Source: Deltaproteobacteria bacterium
GTDB lineage: Bacteria; Myxococcota; Kuafuiibacteriia; Kuafuiibacteriales; Kuafuiibacteriaceae
DNA: 64,000 nt
Assembly: GCA_040218735.1 (NCBI GenBank)
Contig: JAVJQW010000023.1
Coordinates: forward strand, 128,001 to 192,000
Reading direction: 5' to 3'
The first letter of the stretch is position 1; each line of letters starts with the position of its first letter. Made by a program: the position numbers and the translations under genes. The notes under the pieces are model-generated. The model was not told the origin of the DNA and ran no database searches. It saw only the letters and a list, made by a program, of their open reading frames with translations. This document shows, piece by piece, positions 1 through 10,392 of the stretch.

Positions 1-1
1 G

Positions 2-727
2 GACCGCGACGCCGTCATCGGCCGCGCGCGCGAGGCTGGGCTGACGCACATGGTTCTGATCGGCGCGAGCGACGGGTTCGACAGCAACCCGCGCGCGGTC
101 GCGCTCGCAGAGCAACATGACGACATGTTCGCGACGGTCGGCCTGCACCCGCACGACGCGAAGCTCGTGAACGACGACACGCTCGCGAAGCTCGAGGCGA
201 TGGCGTCGAAGGACAAGGTCGTCGCGATCGGCGAGACCGGGCTCGACTACTACTACGACCAGTCCCCGCGCGATGTGCAGCGCGACGCGTTCCGCAAGTT
301 CCTTCGGATGAGCCACGCGACGAAGAAGCCGTGCGTCGTCCACACGCGCGACGCCGAGGACGACACGATCGAGATCCTGCGAAGCGAAGACGCTGCGGGG
401 TGCGGCGGCGTCATCCACTGCTTCACCGGCACGCAAAAGCTCGCCGACGCGGCGATCGACCTCGGCTGGTACATCTCGTTCTCCGGCGTCCTCACCTTCC
501 GAAACGCCGACCCCCTCCGAGCGATCGCCAAGGACCTCCCGAAGGACCGCGTCCTCGTCGAGACCGACTGCCCCTACCTCACCCCCGTGCCGCACCGCGG
601 GAAACGCAACGAGCCGTCGTTCGTCGTGCACACCGCGGCGTGCCTCGCGGACCTGTGGGACGTCGACGCCGAAGAGGTTCGGCGCATCACGGGTGAGAAC
701 GCGCTCAGGTTCTTCGCGCTGAGCTGA
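2..727 (+). CDS. tatD: TatD family metal-dependent hydrolase/DNase (5' end outside window)
   Basis: Motifs TVGLHPH, AIGETGLDYY, VVHTRDA, GVIHCF, ETDCPYL, RGKRNEP; frame is open from position 2 (DRDAVIGRAREAG...) so the start lies upstream of the window. Confidence 0.95.
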   Translation, partial: DRDAVIGRAREAGLTHMVLIGASDGFDSNPRAVALAEQHDDMFATVGLHPHDAKLVNDDTLAKLEAMASKDKVVAIGETGLDYYYDQSPRDVQRDAFRKFLRMSHATKKPCVVHTRDAEDDTIEILRSEDAAGCGGVIHCFTGTQKLADAAIDLGWYISFSGVLTFRNADPLRAIAKDLPKDRVLVETDCPYLTPVPHRGKRNEPSFVVHTAACLADLWDVDAEEVRRITGENALRFFALS

Positions 728-3275
728 CCGCGGCGCGGAGCGCCGAGCTCGTCGGGAAGTCGAGCGCGTCGAGCGTGGCGCGATGGGTCTTCTTGCCCGG
801 CTTGTCCATCGTCATCTGCACGCTGCACGCGCCTTCGCCCGCGCCCCAGTCGAAGACCAGCCGCACCGTCTCCTCACGCGTCTTCTTCGTGATGACGAAC
901 CCATCGGGCTTGGCCTCGAAGCGGGCGTCGCCCGGGGCGTAGCGCCAGCCGGCGAGCTCGCGCGCGTGTTCGAGGACGCGGTCGGCGGGCACGCCATGTT
1001 TGGCGACGGCGTTGTGGACCGCCTTCGCGCGCGCCTGCGGGGTCGGCGCGTCAGAGCGCGCGAGGACAGCGTCGACCGGCACCCCCGCCCACTGAGCGAG
1101 CGCGAGGCGGACGGCCGGGCTCGAGGTCAGCGGTTCGTAACCCCCACCGAACCCGCGGCCGTCGAGGTCCCAGACTTTCTTCGGAGCCTCGGCGTCGAAG
1201 AACGTGACGTCGACCTTCTTCGGCGACGCCGTATCGAAGAGCTCGAACACCGGCTCGCCGTCCTCGATGCGGGTCGGCGCGATGTCGCGCCGGCCGAGCC
1301 CGGTGTCGATGCGGACGCGGTAACGATCGAGATCTCCCAACCCGAGGTGGTCACCGCCGAGGCGGACACGCCAACCGTGTTTCGTGCCGTTGGAGATCTC
1401 CTCGATGCGCGCGCCGCGCTCGTCGATCGTCGCGAGTGTCACGAAGCCGTCCGCGTCGGGTGTGACGTCGCCGCGCTGCAACCGGTCGACCACCGCCGAC
1501 GCGCTCCCTTCGCCGCGCCGCAACCCCTGCCGCGCGTACGCTTGGACGTCCGCGCGGAACCGCGTCCTGCTGATCTTGCCCTTCGCGACCTTGTCGATCT
1601 GCGCGTCGCGCCAGCGGTTGAGCGTCGTCGCGTACAGGTGCGGGCACGGCCGGTTGATCCGCTCCGCGAGATCCGCGACCGCCTCGCGTTTCACGTCCGG
1701 CGCGTCCTTCAGCGCAACCTCGAGCAGCGGCGCCGCCGCGTCGATCAACTGCTGGGCGACGGCTTCGTCCCGCGCGGCGTCGGGCACGAGCGGCTTCATC
1801 GCAGCGGCGAGCGCGCGTGCATCGCCGCCGACCCTGACCAACGCCGCGAGCCCCGCGAACAGATCGTAGCGCGCCGGGTTCTCGACCTTCAGGCGATCGA
1901 TCGAATGCACCGCACCCGGCTCCGCCGTCTCGCCGATCTCTCGCGCGAGCTTTCCGAACGCGACCGCAGCCTCGCGGTTCGAACGCATCACCGTGTCGAC
2001 CTCCGACGCGCTCAGCCCGATGTGAAGCAACGCGTTCTCGGCCATCCGCCGCTCGAAGGGTCCGACGATCGCCTTGTGCTGGAGCTTCCGGTCCGACCAC
2101 TGCGCGAGGTTCTTGCGCTCCTCGCGCGTCGCGGCGCGCGAGAAGAACGAGAAGTACGTGTCGACGACCTGCTCGAAGATCTGCTCGGGCTCCTTCGAGA
2201 AGCCGAGCGACACGTGTGAGTTGCCCTGGTGCGGGTGGGTGCGGTCCTGCGCCTGGATCGTCCCGTGATCGATCGACTGGAGGAACGCGATGTTGTCGTA
2301 CGTCGGCGAGCCCTGCGGCGTGCGCATCCAGTAGCGGTCCGCCACCTCGATCGCCTTCTTCTTGTTGAGGTGCGCGAACAAACCTTGGAGCGACAGCGGC
2401 TGCGGCCTCCCGAGCTGCAAGCGAACTTGCTCACCGACGTCGAGCAAGAAATCCCGAACGCCGCCACGCCCCGTCGACGTGAGCTCGAGCAGGTGCGCCG
2501 CGCGGTCGAAGCGCCCGCACTCCACGAGGTACCCCGCCGTGCGCTCCGTCCACTTCCCGCTGCTGGTCTGACGATACCGAAAGCGCTCCTTCGTCCCGGC
2601 CACGGCCACCGACCGCGGGCTCTCGATGCCGTTGAGGTGATCCGTGAGCTGGTGAATCGCGTCGTGGACCGCCTGGCCGACGTCCATGCGCCCGTGACCG
2701 TGCGCGTCCTCCTCGGTCTGCCCGAGCGGCGCGGCCCCCGTCGCGATGCCCTTCACGCGCAGGAGCGCGGAGGTCTTCTGGCCGCCGCGCTGCGAGACCA
2801 ACGGCCGCCCGACGACGCCCGCGCGACCATCGCCCTTCACGATGTCGAGCTGATCCGCGTACCGCGTCGCCATCACCTGCCGCGACGACGCCTCGTCCGG
2901 CTTCGCGCGGCGGAGGATCGTGTTGCTCGCGAGCGCCGCCTCCTGCTCCGGGGTGAGGAGGCCGTACTTGCCGACGTCGAACCCGTGCTCCGCGAGCACG
3001 AGCGGATCCACGAACCACAGCTCGGCGCCGTCGTCCGGCACCGCGTCGACGGGGATGACGAGGTGCTCCGCGACGTCCGCGTCGAACCGGTCCGGGAGGA
3101 GCGGCCCGTCCCACAGCTCGTCGATCGCGGCGCGCTTCGGCGCGCTGCCCCAGTACGACTCCGCGTCCCCGCGCGGCGCCGCATCGACCGGCGGCTTCAC
3201 GCCGCCGCGCGGGACCTTCACCACGGGGACCTCATCGGCGTGCCCAGCTTGGAACGGGGCGCGGACCGCTGGCAA
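705..3275 (-). CDS. SelO/YdiU-like pseudokinase (putative AMPylase) with long C-terminal extension
   Basis: Ordered SelO-like motifs: ATRY...GDGRA, LRVKG, HGR, NGIESPRSVAV, QGSPTYDNI...SIDHG (compare HGVMNTDNM...TIDYG); 856 aa; start uncertain. Confidence 0.6.
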   Translation of the reverse strand: MPAVRAPFQAGHADEVPVVKVPRGGVKPPVDAAPRGDAESYWGSAPKRAAIDELWDGPLLPDRFDADVAEHLVIPVDAVPDDGAELWFVDPLVLAEHGFDVGKYGLLTPEQEAALASNTILRRAKPDEASSRQVMATRYADQLDIVKGDGRAGVVGRPLVSQRGGQKTSALLRVKGIATGAAPLGQTEEDAHGHGRMDVGQAVHDAIHQLTDHLNGIESPRSVAVAGTKERFRYRQTSSGKWTERTAGYLVECGRFDRAAHLLELTSTGRGGVRDFLLDVGEQVRLQLGRPQPLSLQGLFAHLNKKKAIEVADRYWMRTPQGSPTYDNIAFLQSIDHGTIQAQDRTHPHQGNSHVSLGFSKEPEQIFEQVVDTYFSFFSRAATREERKNLAQWSDRKLQHKAIVGPFERRMAENALLHIGLSASEVDTVMRSNREAAVAFGKLAREIGETAEPGAVHSIDRLKVENPARYDLFAGLAALVRVGGDARALAAAMKPLVPDAARDEAVAQQLIDAAAPLLEVALKDAPDVKREAVADLAERINRPCPHLYATTLNRWRDAQIDKVAKGKISRTRFRADVQAYARQGLRRGEGSASAVVDRLQRGDVTPDADGFVTLATIDERGARIEEISNGTKHGWRVRLGGDHLGLGDLDRYRVRIDTGLGRRDIAPTRIEDGEPVFELFDTASPKKVDVTFFDAEAPKKVWDLDGRGFGGGYEPLTSSPAVRLALAQWAGVPVDAVLARSDAPTPQARAKAVHNAVAKHGVPADRVLEHARELAGWRYAPGDARFEAKPDGFVITKKTREETVRLVFDWGAGEGACSVQMTMDKPGKKTHRATLDALDFPTSSALRAAVSSARRT

Positions 3276-3393
3276 TCACGAGAATGCGCAGGTGGCCCGG
3301 CGTGGCCTGAGACATTCGCGCGGTCGGCGCGGTGGTTTCGCCCCGAAAACCCGCAACGAAATCAGCTGTCTGCCGAAACTCAGCTTGTCCGCC

Positions 3394-3762
3394 ATGACGA
3401 CCCCGGCCAAGCCTCCCGCGAGCATCGAAACGCTCTTCGAGGAGCTCCTCGCCCCCGACGCGGCCGGTGAGAGCCGCTGCACGCGCCGCGAGCTCGAGGA
3501 CGTCATGGCGGTGATCTTCCTGAAGAGCCACCAACGCACGCCGATGTCGTCGGCGAACGGCGACGCCTTCATCGGCGCGTTCTTCACCCGCGTGGGGCTC
3601 CAGAGCGAGGACCAGCTCGACCAGCTCGATGAGCTCATCCGAGACTACTTCGTCGCCCACCCGCTTCGACAAGACGTGCTCGAAGACGTGCTCGAGGTGA
3701 TGCGGCCCGCCGCCTCCCTTCGGAACGTCCGCGCCGGATACGCGATCGGCGGCGCGTTCTGA
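3394..3762 (+). CDS. Hypothetical helical protein (122 aa)
   Basis: ATG at 3394, GC3-rich codons; its TGA overlaps the ATG of the next gene (TGATG). Confidence 0.7.
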   Translation: MTTPAKPPASIETLFEELLAPDAAGESRCTRRELEDVMAVIFLKSHQRTPMSSANGDAFIGAFFTRVGLQSEDQLDQLDELIRDYFVAHPLRQDVLEDVLEVMRPAASLRNVRAGYAIGGAF

Positions 3763-5345
3763 TGTCGAAGATCCTGCCCTCCGTCGCTGCGGCCCAGCGC
3801 TACCGCGAGCAGACCGTGGACTGGGACGGCCTCGCCAGCGCAGTCCACCGCGCGCGCGGCCGGGCCGGCGTCGAACCCGGAAAGCCGGGCGTGGTGGAGT
3901 TTCAGCAGGGACGCGCCGCGGCGATCGAGCAAACCTACTTCAAGGAGAGCGGGCTCTTTCAGTCACGAATCGCGTATGCGATCTCCAACCCGGCCGTCGA
4001 CGTCGACGTCCTGGTCGAAGACCTGAAGGCGACCCTCGCGCCATCACTGGTCGAGGCGTCGAACAGCACGAAGCCGGGCGCCATCCAGAACGTGACCGTC
4101 CTCGGCGGAGGGCCGGGCGGGCTCGCCGCAGCGATCGCGTTGAAGAACATGGGCCTCGACGTAACGCTCGTGGAGCGCAAGCCGATCGCCGAGCGGCGCG
4201 TCTTCCCCATCTTCAACTCGCGCATCAACCTCTTCAACGACCTCGAGGCGCTCGGCGTCTACGGCTCCGTGATGGAGCAGTCGAGCTACACCGAGCACGT
4301 CGTGTTCCGAAACATGATCGCCGGCTACGAAGCCAGCCTGGAGCCGCTCCACGCAGCACGAGGCCAGGGGCACTTGACCGGCCCCGAGCTCACGGAGCTC
4401 GCCAAGGAAGGGACACCCCCGAAGATCGTCTTCGACGGCGACTTCAACAACCTGCAGGATCCGATCAGCCGACCGAGTCGTGCGCAGATCGCGTACGGGG
4501 ACATGGTGCACGGGCTCGCAGAGCGCGCGCAGGAGCTGGGTATCCACATCGTCGACGAGGCGCTCGCCGACGTCGTCCCGAACGACGCCGGCAAATACGA
4601 CGTCGTCGCGACGCGCAAGGACGGAACGAAGGTCGCGCTCGGCACTCCGGATCGAATCGTCGTCGCCCCCGGCAACCTGAAGCACTTGGGGCCGCTCGCG
4701 AACGAGTTCACGCACCTGAAGGAGTCCGCGCTTCGGAAGTTCTGCGCCGGGCTCGCGAACATCGCCGTGGGCAGCGTTCAGCGCCGCGTGATCAAGCAGG
4801 TCGGGGACGACACGCTGCGAACGGTCGTCGTCGGCCACGGACAGCGTTCCGCGGCGTGGATGCTGACACAGCTCCCCGAAGGCTGGTCCGGGGACGAGGC
4901 GGACCTCGCTCGCTACTGGAAGAACGAAGTCGGCGAGGCGCTCGCGCCGGAGCACGCCGCGCAGCTCTCGGACGACAGCATCGAGTTCGTCTCGCCGAAG
5001 CCCTTCGACGTCCAGCTCACGCGGCTCCGCAACATGTCGGCGAACAACCAGGTCCTCGCGATCGGCGACGCCGCGCACAAGGCGCACTTCCTCACCAGCT
5101 ACGGCGTTCACCTGGCCGTGGGTGGGGACATCCAGGCGCTCCAGGCGCACGTCGAGGCGTCGAACGCCTACGGGGAGGACGTCGGGTTCTGGGAGTTCGA
5201 CCGCATCATGCAGGAGAACGCAGCCGTGTGGTGTGGCGGGAGCCTCGACGAGTTCGAACACGACGACACGCCGTGGAACCTGCGCGCGCTGACGTTCGAC
5301 GACCGACAGGCACGCCCCGGCCGCTTCGCGCGCAAACCGCTCTGA
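3762..5345 (+). CDS. FAD-dependent oxidoreductase/monooxygenase with ~105 aa N-terminal extension
   Basis: Rossmann VLGGGPGGLAAA...VERK and C-terminal IGDAAH FAD motif. Confidence 0.8.
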   Translation: MSKILPSVAAAQRYREQTVDWDGLASAVHRARGRAGVEPGKPGVVEFQQGRAAAIEQTYFKESGLFQSRIAYAISNPAVDVDVLVEDLKATLAPSLVEASNSTKPGAIQNVTVLGGGPGGLAAAIALKNMGLDVTLVERKPIAERRVFPIFNSRINLFNDLEALGVYGSVMEQSSYTEHVVFRNMIAGYEASLEPLHAARGQGHLTGPELTELAKEGTPPKIVFDGDFNNLQDPISRPSRAQIAYGDMVHGLAERAQELGIHIVDEALADVVPNDAGKYDVVATRKDGTKVALGTPDRIVVAPGNLKHLGPLANEFTHLKESALRKFCAGLANIAVGSVQRRVIKQVGDDTLRTVVVGHGQRSAAWMLTQLPEGWSGDEADLARYWKNEVGEALAPEHAAQLSDDSIEFVSPKPFDVQLTRLRNMSANNQVLAIGDAAHKAHFLTSYGVHLAVGGDIQALQAHVEASNAYGEDVGFWEFDRIMQENAAVWCGGSLDEFEHDDTPWNLRALTFDDRQARPGRFARKPL

Positions 5346-5351
5346 CGCGCA

Positions 5352-5801
5352 TCACTCCAGCACGAAGTCGAGGATTCGCGGTCGCCAGGTCTTCTCGATC
5401 TTCGAGAAGGACGTGGCCGGTCCGGTGAGGACGAAGTGTGTCAGGACGCCGTCGTCCACGCGCAGCAGGTGTTGCTGATGCAGCGTCAGGTGCTCGTCCA
5501 CGCGAAGCGCGACGGTCGCGCTCACGCCGGACTGGCCGTCAGAGAACTTCACTTCGGCCTGCCCGAGGAGCTCACACGTCGGTCCGCGCGAGCGCGCCAT
5601 GTCCACGACGTGGCTGAGCGCCTCCAGCGCGGAGTCCTTGGACGCGTGGCGGCTGTACACGAGGCTGACGTCGGGGCTCGGTTTGACCTTGCTGCCCGTC
5701 GGGAGCTTGGCGGTGGGGGACGGCGCCTTGATGGTGACCACGACCTCGCTGCGACACCCGTCGGGAACCGAGAGGTGACCGGGTTTGACGACTTCGCCCA
5801 T
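5352..5801 (-). CDS. DcrB/PsbP-like (DUF1795-like) protein
   Basis: 149 aa; pattern LSVPDG...PDVSLV...HQQHLL...THFVLTG...W...ILDF typical of the PsbP/Mog1 fold. Confidence 0.55.
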   Translation of the reverse strand: MGEVVKPGHLSVPDGCRSEVVVTIKAPSPTAKLPTGSKVKPSPDVSLVYSRHASKDSALEALSHVVDMARSRGPTCELLGQAEVKFSDGQSGVSATVALRVDEHLTLHQQHLLRVDDGVLTHFVLTGPATSFSKIEKTWRPRILDFVLE

Positions 5802-5920
5802 CGCTTGGACCTAGCTCTGATTTCTCCTGGGGACAAACGTCCACGGGGCGGCCCATTCGGGCACAACGATCCGCCGTCATTCGGCGATAACCTGAGCACT
5901 CTGTACCGGAGTAACACGCC

Positions 5921-6454
5921 ATGACGATCAGCAAGACCCCACCCCCGCTCCCCAAGATGCTCGAAAACGGCGCACTGGTCGCGTCCGAAAAAGAGTGTCC
6001 GTGGTGGCCCGAACCGCTGCACGTTGCTCACGCCGTCGAGGTCATCGAGGGCCGCACCGTGCACCGTGGGTCGAACCACCGCCCGGGCGAGCAGGGCGTC
6101 AACCAACTCAACTCGGAGTGGGTCGGTGGCGCGCGCAATCACCTCCTCAACTACGTCATCCCGTTCAGCTCGGGCTCCCACTCCACGAATCGCAGCGCGT
6201 CGCACGGCAACACCGGCCTGGTCTCCGCTGCGCTCACGCGTCTTCGCGACGATCAGGTGGTGCACCAATCCCTTCCGCTGACGGAGGCGATGGAGGACGG
6301 ACTCGCACGCGACCAGCGCGACGTCATGGCGGCGGTCGCGCTCCTCGTCGCCGTCGACGAGCGCACGCGGACCACGACGTTCTACCCGGACACGTTCGAG
6401 AAGGCGGACCCGAAGGTCGACGTCGCCAAGATCGAGAAACCGGCCGCAAATTAG
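5921..6454 (+). CDS. Hypothetical protein (177 aa)
   Basis: GGAG upstream of ATG; high-GC codon bias; no recognisable domain. Confidence 0.6.
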   Translation: MTISKTPPPLPKMLENGALVASEKECPWWPEPLHVAHAVEVIEGRTVHRGSNHRPGEQGVNQLNSEWVGGARNHLLNYVIPFSSGSHSTNRSASHGNTGLVSAALTRLRDDQVVHQSLPLTEAMEDGLARDQRDVMAAVALLVAVDERTRTTTFYPDTFEKADPKVDVAKIEKPAAN

Positions 6455-6476
6455 CGTCGGATCGACCGAGACCGCC

Positions 6477-8849
6477 TCACCGCACGGGCGCGAAGAACCG
6501 AAGCGTGGGTTCGCGCGACGCATTGCACACGACCGCGAGCTCCGTCGCGCCGTCGCCGTCGAAGTCCCCCGCGGCAAAGTCCTCCAGCGGCGTACAGTTG
6601 TCGCTGCGCGCCACGTTGCAGTCCTCGACGACGACGCCGCGTTCGACCTCGCCGAGCGCCGCGTTGCTCGCGCCGAGCCAGACGTGGATCTCGCCGCTCG
6701 CGCGGTAGAGCACCGCCGCGTCGAGGTGACGATCGGCGTTGAAGTCCCCGAGCTGGACGCGCTGCGGATCCACGGGCAGCGCCCTCCCCTCGAAGGCCCG
6801 CGGGGAGAGTTGCAGCCCATCTTCGCTCGAGTCACGCGCGGAACCGTACAGGACGCGAATCACCCCCGGGTCGTCCGGGCCGCTCCCGCCGACGTTGAGC
6901 TCTGCGACCGAGAAGACGTCGTCGTAGGTGTTGCAGCTCGGGTCGCCGAGGGCGCAGGAGAACGCACCGCTCGCCAAGTCGCGCACGGACATCGCGTCAC
7001 CGAGCGGCTCGGTGCCGCCGCACTGTAGCGACGAGCGACCGTTGGCGAGGCGACGCCCGTACTTCAGGACGCTCCCCCCGAGACCGCCGATGAAGAGATC
7101 CGGCACCGTCGGGTTCGGCGCGTCGCCCCCGAACGCACCAAGCGCGATCGCGCGCGGCTCCGCGCCGTAGCGTCCGCACTCACACGTATCGAGACCAAAG
7201 AGCGCGCCCGGCGCCGCGCGCGACGTCAGGTGGAGCAACACCTCCGGCCCGGACTCGGACGCGACGGTGAGATCCGCGAGGCCGTCATCGTCACGGTCGC
7301 GCGCGACGATGTCGACGCGCGTCCTGAAGCGGACCGCGTCGATCTCACACACGCACCCCGCCGGTCCCGGACACATCGCAGCGGTCGCGTCCTCTTCGAC
7401 GCAGACACCCTCGTAGCAGATCTCCCCCGACGCACACGCGCCGGGATCACAGGCCGCGTTCGAACCACAGAACCAACCCGAGCAAAGCGTCGGGAGCGCA
7501 CCCGTCGCGCCGTCGTGCGGAACCAACGTGCCGTCCACGAGCTCGAAGACGTAGACGCGGAGCGTCGAGTCCTCGGCGTCGCGCCCCGTCGTGGCGACGG
7601 CGACCATCGGACGCGCCGCGGGGCGACCGACCGCGGTGGCTTCTTCGTAGTGGAAGCCGTGCACCGCCACTGCGGTCCGATCCGGGAGCGCCTGCACGAT
7701 CGGCTGCGCACGCGCGGGGTGCCACAGCTCCAGACGTGCGCTGATCGTGTCGTCGCGGACGATGGCGACCTGGTCACAAGCGTCGACATCGCCCGCGGCG
7801 CACGCAGCCGGATCCCCAGGGAGGACGCTCGACGACGCGGGCGTGAACCCATCGCCCAGCGGGACGTCCGACGTACACGCGAACGACTCGATCGAATCCA
7901 CGCACGTCATCGCGTACTCGACAGGGGGCGTGGTCCGACCGAGCACCTGCGCGGTGACGTGCACTTCGCTCTCGCAAGCGTCGAGATCGATCGGGGCCTC
8001 GGCGCGCCCTTGGCCGTCGGTGAGCACGATCTGCCGGAGCGGGCCCGCCGCGCCATTCGCCTGTTCCACGGTGAAGAGGATCGGGACGTTCGAGAGATCG
8101 TCGCACTCCACGATCGACTGCTCGCAGCTGAAGCAACCGCTCATGCCCCCGGGCTGATCTTCGCAGCGCAACGCCGACAAACAGACGGCGGGTCCCGGCG
8201 CGAGGCGTTGGTTCTTCGCGCCGGCGAGGGTGCCGCGCCCGTCGCACGGCGCAAGGACGAACGCGTCCGGCGCGACGGGTTCGAGGTTCACGACCCGCAC
8301 TGCGTCCTGAGGATCGGAGAGGAGCTGACACGCATCCTTCACCGCGCGGTCGAGTTGGCCATTCAGGTGCGAAGCCTCCTTCGTCCGCAGACACAACGTC
8401 CCCGCGAGGAGCGTCGCGGTGACATTCGAAGCCCGCGCGTCGGGCCTGCGTGCGTCTCCGCGCGCCTCGACGTAGAGCATCGTCGCGCCCCACGGGTTGT
8501 TCGGGTTCGTCTCGTCCGGCTTGCCGAGCTCCAGGTTCCACTTCGCGTCTTCGAACGGATACGGCTGTCGGTTCCGGAAGCGCAGCACGGTGTCGAGGTT
8601 CGGTGACGTCTCGATCGTCTCGGGGTCGATGTGGCGCACCGGCGGGAAGACGCCGACCGACCGCCCCTCGACGAACTTGGGCACCGACGCGCCCTCCACG
8701 ATCTTCAGCGGGACGAACGCGGTCACCGCGATCTCCGAGGTCGCCGCGGTCGCCGCCTCCGAGGGGAAGGTGATCGACAGCTCACCTTCGACGTCGCTGC
8801 ACGCGACCCAGAACATGGCGAAGATCACGACGGCGCTCTGAGCTCGCAC
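6477..8849 (-). CDS. Cys-rich lipoprotein with FG-GAP/VCBS repeats
   Basis: Signal ending ...FAMFWVAC from GTG 8849; DRDDDGLADL, GDFNADRHLD, GDFDGDGATEL repeats; many Cys. Confidence 0.8.
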   Translation of the reverse strand: MRAQSAVVIFAMFWVACSDVEGELSITFPSEAATAATSEIAVTAFVPLKIVEGASVPKFVEGRSVGVFPPVRHIDPETIETSPNLDTVLRFRNRQPYPFEDAKWNLELGKPDETNPNNPWGATMLYVEARGDARRPDARASNVTATLLAGTLCLRTKEASHLNGQLDRAVKDACQLLSDPQDAVRVVNLEPVAPDAFVLAPCDGRGTLAGAKNQRLAPGPAVCLSALRCEDQPGGMSGCFSCEQSIVECDDLSNVPILFTVEQANGAAGPLRQIVLTDGQGRAEAPIDLDACESEVHVTAQVLGRTTPPVEYAMTCVDSIESFACTSDVPLGDGFTPASSSVLPGDPAACAAGDVDACDQVAIVRDDTISARLELWHPARAQPIVQALPDRTAVAVHGFHYEEATAVGRPAARPMVAVATTGRDAEDSTLRVYVFELVDGTLVPHDGATGALPTLCSGWFCGSNAACDPGACASGEICYEGVCVEEDATAAMCPGPAGCVCEIDAVRFRTRVDIVARDRDDDGLADLTVASESGPEVLLHLTSRAAPGALFGLDTCECGRYGAEPRAIALGAFGGDAPNPTVPDLFIGGLGGSVLKYGRRLANGRSSLQCGGTEPLGDAMSVRDLASGAFSCALGDPSCNTYDDVFSVAELNVGGSGPDDPGVIRVLYGSARDSSEDGLQLSPRAFEGRALPVDPQRVQLGDFNADRHLDAAVLYRASGEIHVWLGASNAALGEVERGVVVEDCNVARSDNCTPLEDFAAGDFDGDGATELAVVCNASREPTLRFFAPVR

Positions 8850-9030
8850 GACCCGAATTCTAGAGTCGACGACAGGGGCGGTCACGCCCCGTCATCCCAC
8901 CACGTCGCGAAGAGATGATTCCGTGCTTGACGCAAACACCGTGAACGGCGGGAGGAGCACGAGCTCCTGCGCCGCGGTCGAGGCGCGCCTCGGTTGCCGC
9001 TGGAGACGGTGCGTGCTGATCTGCTCGGAC

Positions 9031-10392
9031 ATGGAATCGATCAACCCCGCGACCGGGAAGACTATCCAGACCTATCCCGTGATGAGCGACGACGAGGTCA
9101 ACCGCCGCGTCGCCGCCGCCCAAAGCGCGCAGCGCGTGTGGCGCACCACCACCCTCGCCGAACGCACGAAGCTCCTGACTCGGCTGGGCGAGACGCTGAA
9201 GGCCAACCGCGATCGCTTCGCGGATCTCATGGCCGCCGAGATGGGTAAGCCGCGCGCGCAAGGGCTCGCGGAGGTCGACAAGTGCGCGCTCGCTTGTGAC
9301 TACTACGCCGAGAAGGCCGACGAGCTGCTCGCGCCCGAGGCCATCAGCTCCGACGCTTCGCTGTCGAAGGTGAGCTTCCAACCCATCGGGACGATCCTGT
9401 CGATCATGCCGTGGAACTTTCCGTTCTGGCAGTTCATGCGTTTCGCCGCGCCCGCGCTCGCCGCTGGCAACGCGATCGTCCTGAAACACGCGTCCCGCGT
9501 GAGCGGATGCGCGCTCGCGATCGAAGACACGGTGAAGCAGGCCGGCTTCCCGGAAGACATCGTGCGCACGCTCCTCATCCCCGGCGCGAGGGCGGAGAAA
9601 CTCATCGCGGATCCGCGCATCGCGATGGTGACGTTCACCGGAAGCTCCGACGTCGGCAAACGCATCGGCGCCGCCGCGGGCGGCGCGCTCAAGAAGTGTG
9701 TGCTCGAGCTCGGCGGGAGCGATCCCTATGTCGTCCTGTCCGACGCCGACCTCGACAACGCCGCCGACGCCTGCGCGACGAGCCGCCTGATCAACAACGG
9801 TCAGAGCTGCATCGGCGCGAAGCGTTTCATCGTCGTCGCCGAGCATCGCGCTGCGTTCGAAGAGCGCGTCGCCGCGAAGCTCGCCGCCGCCACGATGGGT
9901 GATCCGATGAACGACGACACGAAGCTCGGCCCGCTCGTCGGCGTCCCGGCGCGCGACGAGCTGCACGCGCAAGTCACGAAGAGCGTCGAGGCCGGCGCAC
10001 GCATCGTCGTCGGCGGCGAGGTCCCCGACCGCGATGGCGCGTGGTACCCCGCGACGCTCCTCGCCGATGTGAAGCCCGGGATGCCCGCGTACCACGAAGA
10101 GCTGTTCGGCCCGGTCGCCGCGCTGATCGAAGCGAAGGACGACGCCGACGCGCTCCGCATCGCGAACGACACCCCGTTCGGCCTCGGGGCCGCGGTCTTC
10201 ACGAAGGACACGACCCGAGGCGAGAAGATCGCCGAGTACGACCTCGACGCCGGCTGCTGCTTCGTGAATACGTTCGTCCGCTCCGACCCGCGGCTCCCGT
10301 TCGGCGGCGTGAAGGAGTCCGGATTCGGGCGCGAGCTGGGCCCCTACGGCATCAAGGAGCTCGTGAACATCAAGACGGTCTACGTGGCCTGA
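9031..10392 (+). CDS. NAD(P)-dependent succinate-semialdehyde dehydrogenase (aldehyde dehydrogenase family)
   Basis: SINPATG, IMPWNFP, FTGS, LELGGSDP, NGQSC, EELFGP, PFGGVKESG. Confidence 0.92.
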   Translation: MESINPATGKTIQTYPVMSDDEVNRRVAAAQSAQRVWRTTTLAERTKLLTRLGETLKANRDRFADLMAAEMGKPRAQGLAEVDKCALACDYYAEKADELLAPEAISSDASLSKVSFQPIGTILSIMPWNFPFWQFMRFAAPALAAGNAIVLKHASRVSGCALAIEDTVKQAGFPEDIVRTLLIPGARAEKLIADPRIAMVTFTGSSDVGKRIGAAAGGALKKCVLELGGSDPYVVLSDADLDNAADACATSRLINNGQSCIGAKRFIVVAEHRAAFEERVAAKLAAATMGDPMNDDTKLGPLVGVPARDELHAQVTKSVEAGARIVVGGEVPDRDGAWYPATLLADVKPGMPAYHEELFGPVAALIEAKDDADALRIANDTPFGLGAAVFTKDTTRGEKIAEYDLDAGCCFVNTFVRSDPRLPFGGVKESGFGRELGPYGIKELVNIKTVYVA

